A stretch of 11,653 bases of DNA from Candidatus Eiseniibacteriota bacterium. GTDB lineage: Bacteria; Eisenbacteria; RBG-16-71-46; CAZEPH01. Shown piece by piece: positions 1 to 6,769 of this stretch. The position numbers were made by a program, and so were the translations under genes. The notes beneath the pieces were generated by a model. The model did not search any database. It was not told where the DNA came from and saw nothing but the letters and a program-made list of their open reading frames with translations. Numbering within the stretch: position 1 is the stretch's first letter; each line of letters starts with the position of its first letter. Where the stretch lies: assembly GCA_044229145.1 (NCBI GenBank), contig JBGATO010000100.1:1-11653 (forward strand). Reading direction: 5' to 3'.

Positions 1-654
1 GCATCGCATGCGCATCGCAGATGGTGCTCACCGGACCGCCGGCGGCCGCCACCTTGCGCAGCTTGCCGTTGCTCACGAAAGCGATCCACTTGGAGTCGGC
101 GGACCAGAAGGGGAACTCGGGCGAGTCGGTGCCGTCGAGCCGGCGCGTTTCGCCGGTGGCGAAGTCGCGCACCAAGAGGCCAGGAGCCGACGAGTCGCCG
201 GCTGCGATCTGGACCATCGCACTGCCGTCGGGCGCCAACGCGATGGGACCGGCCGTCAGCGTCACCGGGGCATAGTGCGCCGGCATCTGCACGTCCGCTT
301 GGAACACCGCACCATTCTCGCCGCTGCGCCGCGTCTGCATCGCCGCCCACGCCACGGCCGCCAGCGCGACGATCCATCCGGCGAGCGGCAGCCACGCGCG
401 CGCGCCGCGCCGTCGCGGCTGCGTCGCGACCGGCGCCGCGATGCTGCTCTGCGATCCGCCCTCCGCCGCCCACGCCAGTTGCAGCTTCACATCGTGCGCG
501 CTCTGGTAGCGATCCTCGGGATCCTTGGCGAGACAGGTGCGGATCGCACGGTCGAGCGCTGGCGGACTCGTCGGCTGCACCGCCTCGAGCGGCGGCGGCG
601 TGGTCGACATGATGGCGACGATGAGACTCGCCTGGCTCGCGCCCTCGAACGCGC
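1..654. repeat. Dispersed direct repeat, copy A (K1 segment paralogous to 11000-11653)
   Basis: Ungapped hand alignment to 11000-11653 at offset 10,999 gives about 80 mismatches in 654 nt (about 88% identity). Confidence 0.93.
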
Positions 655-1336
655 GCCGCCCCGTCGCCATTTCATAGAGCACGCAGCCGAGCGACCAGAG
701 ATCACTGCGTGCGTCGGCGTCCTTGCCTTCGAGCTGCTCCGGCGCCATGTATTGGAACGTGCCGACGAGCGAGCCTTCGGCCGTGAGCGGCGAGGCCGCC
801 GGCTGCGCGCGCGTCAGCGCTGCCATCGTCACGCCGCTCGAACTCACCGGGCCGAGCGTCTCGGTGGCGCGCGCGAGGCCGAAGTCCATCAGCTTGGCGC
901 CGGCGCGCGTGAGCATGACGTTGCCCGGCTTGAGATCGCGATGGATGACGCCGGCGCGATGCGCGCGTTCGAGCGCGTCGGCGATCTGCGCGCCGAACTT
1001 CAAGACGTCGGCGGTCGGCAATGCGCCACGCGCGAGCCGCTCGCTGAGCGTTTCGCCCTCGATCAACTCCATCACGAGGTAGTCCGTGCTGCCCTCGCGC
1101 CCGACATCGAACAGCGTGCAGATGTGTGGATGGTTGAGCGACGAGATCGTTTTGGCTTCGCGCTCGAAGCGGGCGCGCACGTCGGCGTTGTCGCTGAGAT
1201 GCTGCGGCAGCACCTTGACCGCGACGTCGCGGTCGAGCCGCGTGTCGCGGGCGCGATAGACCTCGCCCATGCCGCCGGCGCCGAGCGGCGCGACGATTTC
1301 GTAGGGACCGAGACGGGTGCCGGACGCCAGCGTCAT
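1..1336 (-). CDS. K1: Hanks-type Ser/Thr protein kinase with TM helix and start of TolB/PD40-like beta-propeller (3'-truncated by window edge; 445 codons visible)
   Basis: Hand translation from ATG at 1336: MTLASGTRLGPYEIVAPLGAGGMGEVYRARDTRLDRDVAVK...RFEREAK...IHRDLKPGN...DFGLAR...GTFQYMAPEQLEG...KDPEDRYQSAHDVKLQL. This is followed by RRRGAR, hydrophobic WLPLAGWIVALAAVAWAAM (about 338-398) and propeller-like ALAPDG / FPFWSADSKWIAF. No stop was seen before the left edge, which explains its absence from the ORF track. Confidence 0.95.
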   Translation of the reverse strand, partial: MTLASGTRLGPYEIVAPLGAGGMGEVYRARDTRLDRDVAVKVLPQHLSDNADVRARFEREAKTISSLNHPHICTLFDVGREGSTDYLVMELIEGETLSERLARGALPTADVLKFGAQIADALERAHRAGVIHRDLKPGNVMLTRAGAKLMDFGLARATETLGPVSSSGVTMAALTRAQPAASPLTAEGSLVGTFQYMAPEQLEGKDADARSDLWSLGCVLYEMATGRRAFEGASQASLIVAIMSTTPPPLEAVQPTSPPALDRAIRTCLAKDPEDRYQSAHDVKLQLAWAAEGGSQSSIAAPVATQPRRRGARAWLPLAGWIVALAAVAWAAMQTRRSGENGAVFQADVQMPAHYAPVTLTAGPIALAPDGSAMVQIAAGDSSAPGLLVRDFATGETRRLDGTDSPEFPFWSADSKWIAFVSNGKLRKVAAAGGPVSTICDAHAM

Positions 1337-1380
1337 GCGCGAAGGACCTCAGGGGAATGAGTGGGACGCTGCGCTCTCAT
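1333..1380 (-). other. Putative 15-aa bridging mini-ORF MRAQRPTHSPEVLRA between K2 and K1
   Basis: Its ATG (1380-1378) overlaps the K2 stop (ccA TGA) and its TGA (1335-1333) overlaps the K1 start (gcA TGA / ATG). Translation is not demonstrated. Confidence 0.35.
1346..1350 (-). promoter_or_regulatory. Putative Shine-Dalgarno of K1 (GAGGT)
   Basis: Minus strand reads tGAGGTccttcgcgcATG, 9 nt spacing. Confidence 0.55.
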
Positions 1381-4091
1381 GGCGTGCGCAACGTCGCCGT
1401 CCAGTTGGTGACGAGCGTCAGGCGGACACCATCGACGTCCGCCGGCGGCGAGGTGACGAGGAATCGCTGGCCATCCGCCGTGACATCGTAGCGCCAGTCG
1501 CCGCCGCAGCTGTGGATCTGGAACAGCCGCTGCATCGCGCCGGCGGTGAAGACGCCGCCAGCCACATTCACGGCGACGCTCACGATCCAATTGTCGCGAT
1601 CGACGAAGTACAGCTGGCGCCCATCGCGGCCCCACCGCGCTTCGACACCGCCGTCCTGCGACACCTGCCACTTGGCGCCGGTCGGCGGGAACGGCACGAC
1701 GTACACCTGCCGCGTCCCGCTCTCCGACGACGCGTACGCGACGAAGCGGCCATCGGGCGAGAATTGTCCGCTGAACTGATCCAACGGCCCGCCTGCGACC
1801 ACAATGGGCGGCCCACCCGTCACCGGCACGGCGAACAGGTCGTTCGCCGTCGCGAGATGCGCGGCCGAGTAGAGAACATAGCGGCCATCGGGCGAAGACG
1901 CGCAGGGATAGAGTCCCGACTTGACGCCCTGCACGATCGTGCGGCCCGCCGCGGCATCGAGTTGCTGCACGACGATGGCACTCGTGGCGCCGGAGTCGCC
2001 CGGGGCGTTGTAGGCGTAGCTGCGGCCATCCGGCATCCACACTGCGTACGAGTGATCGTGACCGTCGAGCGTGAGCTTCCGGCGCTGTCCGCTCGCCAGG
2101 TCGATCACGCACGCATCCGAATCGCCGCGATCCGGATCGAGCACGGTCATCAGCGTGCGCGTACCGTCGGGTGACAGCATCGGCGTGCCGCCGTAGGTGA
2201 AGTCGGTCAACTCGCCGACGTTCGCGAGCCGCTTCCCTGTGCGATCGCGCCAGTTGAGTTGGGTGAACGTCGACACCGCCCCGGAGCGAAACGCCAGCAC
2301 GCCGGTGCGCGACGCGGCGAAGACGCCGCGGCTGAATCGCTCGTCCCACTGTGTGTGCTCGGCAAGCGGCACGACGGGACCGGTGGTACGCATCCGCCCG
2401 GCATCGAACGGTTGCGCCATGAGCGTGCCGGCCTGCACGTACAGGATGTGCCCGCCCGCGTAGGCGACATTCGATGCGACGCGCGCCACTGCCGTGCGCT
2501 TGGCCGACCCGATCGCCGTCGCGTAGATGGCGGGTGCGGCGCCGGCACCGGCACTGGAACTCCGCGCCAAGTAGAGGAAGTGCTTGCCGTCGGGCAGGAA
2601 GTGCGGATGACGATGCGTGGACTCCCCGGCGGTCGAATCGAGCACCGTGGCCTGCGTCACCGGACCGCCGTCCGGCGACACGCGCGACAGCGCATCCATG
2701 TACCGCGGGGCGAAGACGATCACGCCATCGCCCCAGCTGCCGCCGCGCGGATCGCTGGCGTCGGCGAGGACCATCACCGGGCCACCGGCGACGCCGACGC
2801 GCCGCAACTTGCCCGCCGAGAAGAACCCGAGCGCGCTGCCGTCCGGCGAGAAGAACGGCTGTTCGGCGCCTTCGGTGCCCTCGAGCGGACGCGGCGTGGG
2901 CGACGCGAGATCGCGCACCCACAGCATGTCCGGCCCTTCGCCCCGCCGCGCGCAGAACGCGATCCGCGTCCCGTCGGGAGAGATCGCCAGCGGCATCGGC
3001 GTGGTGCTCGCCGAGGAAAACTCGGCGCCCGCCGGCGGGTCGATCGTCGCGAACACCGTGCGCGGCGCGCCGCCGCCCCGATGCAGTGCGAACCCGGCGA
3101 CAGCGGCGAGCGCACACACCGCGGCAATCGCCCACGGCAGCCAGGCGGCGCGTGTCGCACGGCGCGGAGGCAGCGCCACCGGCGCGGCGCTGCCGACGCT
3201 CTGCGATCCGCTCTCGGCGAGACCCTGCAACTGCAATTTGAGATCGTGCGCGGTGCGCGCGCGTTCGTCGGGATCCTTGGTGAGGCACGTGCGCACGAGG
3301 CGGTCGAGTCCCGCCGGCGCGAGCGGCGCGACCTGCGACACCGGCGCCGGCTCCCTCGTCATGATCGCGCCGATCAGCGACGCTTGGCTGCGGCCATCGA
3401 ACGCGCGCTTCCCCGTCGCCATCTCGTAGAGCACGCAGCCGAGCGCCCAGAGGTCGGCGCGCGCATCGGCCTCGCCGCCTTCGAGTTGCTCGGGCGCCAT
3501 GTATTGAAACGTGCCGACCAGCGTGCCTTCGGCGGTGAGCGGCGAGGCGTGCGGCGCGGTGCGCGTGAGCGCGGCCATCGTCACGCCGCTGGCGCTCACC
3601 GGGCCGTTGGTTTCGGTCGCGCGCGCGAGGCCGAAGTCCATCAACTTGGCGCCGGCCTTCGTCAGCATGATGTTGCCGGGTTTGAGATCGCGGTGCACGA
3701 CGCCGGCGCGGTGCGCGCGGTCGAGCGCGTCGGCGATCTGCGCGCCGATCTTCAGCACATCGGCCGGCGGCAGCGCGCCGCTGCGCGCGATGCGTTGCGC
3801 GAGGGTCTCGCCGTCGACGAGTTCCATCACGAGATAGTCGACGTCGCCTTCGCGCCCGACATCGAACAGCGTGCAGATGTTGGGATGATTGAGCGCGGAG
3901 ATCGTCTTGGCTTCGCGTTCGAAGCGGGCACGGATCTCGGCGCTGTCGCTGAGATGCTGCGGCAAGACTTTCACTGCGACCTCGCGCCCGAGGCGCGTGT
4001 CCTTCGCGCGATAGACTTCGCCCATGCCGCCGGCACCGAGCGGCGCGACGATTTCGTAGGGCCCGAGGCGTGTGCCAGCAGTCAGTGTCAT
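1377..4091 (-). CDS. K2: Ser/Thr protein kinase - TM - TolB/PD40-like beta-propeller receptor, 904 aa
   Basis: ORF track 1377..4286 re-started at M66 (MTLTAGTRLGPYEIV, ATG at 4091), which matches the paralog N-termini and overlaps the K3 stop (ATGA). Motifs GAGGMG, VAVK, HRDLKPGN, DFG, YMAPE. TM WLPWAIAAVCALAAVAGFALH (about 3081-3150). Repeated ISPDG/FSPDG/LPDG/LSPDG/WMPDG blades. Confidence 0.95.
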   Translation of the reverse strand: MTLTAGTRLGPYEIVAPLGAGGMGEVYRAKDTRLGREVAVKVLPQHLSDSAEIRARFEREAKTISALNHPNICTLFDVGREGDVDYLVMELVDGETLAQRIARSGALPPADVLKIGAQIADALDRAHRAGVVHRDLKPGNIMLTKAGAKLMDFGLARATETNGPVSASGVTMAALTRTAPHASPLTAEGTLVGTFQYMAPEQLEGGEADARADLWALGCVLYEMATGKRAFDGRSQASLIGAIMTREPAPVSQVAPLAPAGLDRLVRTCLTKDPDERARTAHDLKLQLQGLAESGSQSVGSAAPVALPPRRATRAAWLPWAIAAVCALAAVAGFALHRGGGAPRTVFATIDPPAGAEFSSASTTPMPLAISPDGTRIAFCARRGEGPDMLWVRDLASPTPRPLEGTEGAEQPFFSPDGSALGFFSAGKLRRVGVAGGPVMVLADASDPRGGSWGDGVIVFAPRYMDALSRVSPDGGPVTQATVLDSTAGESTHRHPHFLPDGKHFLYLARSSSAGAGAAPAIYATAIGSAKRTAVARVASNVAYAGGHILYVQAGTLMAQPFDAGRMRTTGPVVPLAEHTQWDERFSRGVFAASRTGVLAFRSGAVSTFTQLNWRDRTGKRLANVGELTDFTYGGTPMLSPDGTRTLMTVLDPDRGDSDACVIDLASGQRRKLTLDGHDHSYAVWMPDGRSYAYNAPGDSGATSAIVVQQLDAAAGRTIVQGVKSGLYPCASSPDGRYVLYSAAHLATANDLFAVPVTGGPPIVVAGGPLDQFSGQFSPDGRFVAYASSESGTRQVYVVPFPPTGAKWQVSQDGGVEARWGRDGRQLYFVDRDNWIVSVAVNVAGGVFTAGAMQRLFQIHSCGGDWRYDVTADGQRFLVTSPPADVDGVRLTLVTNWTATLRTP

Positions 4092-6769
4092 CGCGATCCC
4101 TTCGGATTCCAGTGCTGCACCAGGTGGAACGAGCGCACCGACGCGGAGTTCGCCTCGATCAGTTCGAGGAAGCGCGAGTGGTCGGGGGCGGCCTGCACGT
4201 CGAGTACGTCGGATCCGCGCGCAAAGAGCCGCTGCGGTTCGCCGATGGTGAGGTTCGCGCCAGCGGGTGACACCCCGACACTCCACAGCGCCGCCGACGG
4301 GCCGGCGCCATTGCCGAACACCAACTCGCGACCGTCACGTCGCCAGTGTGGAGGCGTGCCGCCGTTGGTGGACACTTGCCACTTCCCCACCAGGTCCGGA
4401 TACGAGCGCACGTACACCTCGTCGCGTCCGGACTCGTTCGAGACATACGCGAGCCAGCGGCCGTCCGGCGACAAGTGGGGCGCGTACTGGTCGAAGTCGT
4501 CGGAGAGCACGACGCGTGCGGCGCGTGTCTGCGTATCGACGACCCAGACCTGACCGTGCGCGTTCCCCGTCGCGGCGCGCGCCTGACAGAAGATGAAGCG
4601 GCCGTCGGCCGACCACTCGGCGACACGCAGTTCCATGTCGCGTGGCGCCCAGAGGCGTTCCGCCGGCCGCGTGCCGGCCGCCACCTGGACGTGCAACTCC
4701 GGCAGTCCGCGATCGAAGTTCAAATACGCGAGGCGCATGCCGTCGGGCGACCACACCGGCTCGCCGGAGTCGTTCTGTCCGTGCGTGAGACGCGACACGG
4801 TGCCGCGCGTCAGGTCCGCCACCCACACCTGCGTGAGGCCGTTCGCATCGCCGATCTCGCCGGCGACGTGCGTGGCGTCCGGCGACAGCACGATCGATTC
4901 GAAATCGTTGCGCAAGCCGAGCGGGGCGCCGCGATGTCCGGCGCGATCCACCCACGCGAGGTCGGTGCGCGCGCGGTCCACCGACATCGTGAGCGCGATG
5001 TCGCCGCTCGCACTCGCGCTCACCGGCACGAGGCCGGACGACGCACTCTTCGCCACATGATCGGCGAGCGGAATCGCATCCGTGCCCACCGCGAACGTGC
5101 GCAGATTGAACGGCAACGCCGCCACGCCGCCGTTGCGCGCGACGAGGAGATAGCCGCGAGGCAGCAGCGCGAACGCGCCGGTGTCTGGACTCAGGCGCCG
5201 CGGCGGCTTGCCATCGAGCGTCGTGAGGTAAATGCCGCCGTGCTGGTCCTGCACGTGCGGGTTATTGCTCCAGAACGCGAACAGGAAGTGCTTGCCGTCC
5301 GGCAGCCACAGCGGGAAGCGATGCGACACATCGACGAGTGTGGTGTCGCGATGCGTGACGCGCACCGGCGTGCCGCCGCTCGCGGGGACGCGCCAGATGT
5401 CCTCGTTCGGGTCCGGCGTGTAGAGGATCGTGCCGTCACGCCCCCATGACATGCCGCGCGCGGTGCTCACGCCACCGACGATCTTCTGGACGCTGCCGTC
5501 CGCGAGCGACAGGCGCCACAGCGCGCCGTGCGCGGCGAACGCCAGTTCGCGTCCATTCGGCGACCACACGGGGAAGTAGGCATCGTCGGTGCCCTTGAGC
5601 ATGTGGAAGTCGAACTCGTCGAGACCGCGCAGCCACAGGTGTGAGACGCCGGAGGAGTCATCGGCCGGCGCAACGATCTGGCGGCCGTCGGGCGAGAGCA
5701 CCGCCGGGAACGATTCGTCCACGCGCTGGCCGGCCGGCGTGCCGATCTCGACGCGTTGTTCGCCCACGGCACCGCGACGAGCGCCCGGCGCGAAGAGCGC
5801 GACGACTGCGGTGAGCGCGCACGCCGCCGCCGCGGCCCAGGGCGCCCACACCGGAACGCGCGAGCGGCGCCGCGCCGGTGCCGCGGCGGCCGCCGCCGGC
5901 TCGGACGTCATCGGCTGCTCCAGCGCGATGCGCGCCTCGCCGATCGACTGCAGGCGCTGCTTCATGTCCTTGGTGAGGCAGCGGCGCAGGAGCTCGCGCA
6001 AGCGCGGCGGCGTCGCGGCCGGCAGTGTCTCCCACGCCGGATCGCGCTCGAGGATGCGCGCCACCATGTCGGAAATCGTCTCGCCGATGAAAACTTGCCC
6101 GCCGGTGAGGCACTCGAACAACACGCACCCGAACGACCACACATCGGTGCGGCGGTCCACGGCGCGGCCGCGCGCTTGCTCTGGACTCATGTAGGCCGCA
6201 GTGCCGAGGATCACGCCCGCGTTGGTCGGCGCGTAGGTCATGGTCGGCGACGCGGAGATCGACACGTCGCTCGACGATCCGGCCTGCGCGGCGTTGCCCT
6301 TCGCCAACCCGAAATCAAGCACCTTCACCACGCCATCGGAGCGCAGCATGACGTTGCCCGGCTTGAGGTCGCGGTGCACGACGCCGGCCTCGTGCGCGGC
6401 TTCCACGCCGGCGGCGATTTGCCGGCACACATCGATGCACTCGTCCACCGGCAGCGGCCCGTGCGCCAGCCGTGCCGCGAGAGTGTCGCCTTCGACGAAC
6501 TCGAGCACGAGATAGCGCGCGCCGTCGACAACTTCGAGGCCGTGGATGCCGGCGATGTTGGGATGCGAGAGCGACGCGAGCAGACGCGCTTCGCGCTCGA
6601 AGCGCGCGAGCCGTTCGGGATCGGACGCGAACTCGGCGGGCAGCGCTTTGATCGCGACCTCGCGGCCGAGCCGCGTGTCGCGCGCGCGATAGACTTCGCC
6701 CATGCCGCCTGCGCCGAGCGGCGCGAGGACATCGTAGGAGCCGAGGCGTGTGCCGGGAGTGAGCGTCAT
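4088..6769 (-). CDS. K3: Ser/Thr protein kinase - TM - TolB/PD40-like beta-propeller receptor, 893 aa
   Basis: ORF track 4088..7039 re-started at M91 (MTLTPGTRLGSYDVL, ATG at 6769, ATGA overlap with the K4 stop). Motifs GAGGMG, VAIK, HRDLKPGN, DFG, YMSPE. TM VWAPWAAAAACALTAVVALFA after RRRSR. LSPDG/WSPNG/WSPDG/WSADG repeats. Confidence 0.95.
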   Translation of the reverse strand: MTLTPGTRLGSYDVLAPLGAGGMGEVYRARDTRLGREVAIKALPAEFASDPERLARFEREARLLASLSHPNIAGIHGLEVVDGARYLVLEFVEGDTLAARLAHGPLPVDECIDVCRQIAAGVEAAHEAGVVHRDLKPGNVMLRSDGVVKVLDFGLAKGNAAQAGSSSDVSISASPTMTYAPTNAGVILGTAAYMSPEQARGRAVDRRTDVWSFGCVLFECLTGGQVFIGETISDMVARILERDPAWETLPAATPPRLRELLRRCLTKDMKQRLQSIGEARIALEQPMTSEPAAAAAAPARRRSRVPVWAPWAAAAACALTAVVALFAPGARRGAVGEQRVEIGTPAGQRVDESFPAVLSPDGRQIVAPADDSSGVSHLWLRGLDEFDFHMLKGTDDAYFPVWSPNGRELAFAAHGALWRLSLADGSVQKIVGGVSTARGMSWGRDGTILYTPDPNEDIWRVPASGGTPVRVTHRDTTLVDVSHRFPLWLPDGKHFLFAFWSNNPHVQDQHGGIYLTTLDGKPPRRLSPDTGAFALLPRGYLLVARNGGVAALPFNLRTFAVGTDAIPLADHVAKSASSGLVPVSASASGDIALTMSVDRARTDLAWVDRAGHRGAPLGLRNDFESIVLSPDATHVAGEIGDANGLTQVWVADLTRGTVSRLTHGQNDSGEPVWSPDGMRLAYLNFDRGLPELHVQVAAGTRPAERLWAPRDMELRVAEWSADGRFIFCQARAATGNAHGQVWVVDTQTRAARVVLSDDFDQYAPHLSPDGRWLAYVSNESGRDEVYVRSYPDLVGKWQVSTNGGTPPHWRRDGRELVFGNGAGPSAALWSVGVSPAGANLTIGEPQRLFARGSDVLDVQAAPDHSRFLELIEANSASVRSFHLVQHWNPKGSR
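4097..4103 (-). promoter_or_regulatory. Putative Shine-Dalgarno of K2 (GAAGGGA), inside the K3 3' end
   Basis: Minus strand reads ccGAAGGGAtcgcgATGA. Confidence 0.45.

Noticed and set aside
1337..1376. Terminator or promoter in the 40-nt K2-K1 spacer
   Set aside because: No convincing hairpin with a U-tract and no recognisable -10/-35 elements.
1333..3288. 651-aa minus-strand ORF in an alternative frame inside K2 (similarly 7409..8905 and 9982..10989)
   Set aside because: Very Arg-rich, low-complexity off-frame products of GC codon bias. Only the last 15 codons of 1333..3288 are kept as a possible bridging peptide.
4092..4286. 65-aa N-terminal extension of K2 in the ORF track (and the 90-aa extension of K3, 6770..7039)
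   Set aside because: These overlap the upstream gene's coding region and are Arg-rich junk. The paralog-conserved M(T/P)L..GTRLG start, SD-like motifs and ATGA overlaps identify the downstream ATGs.
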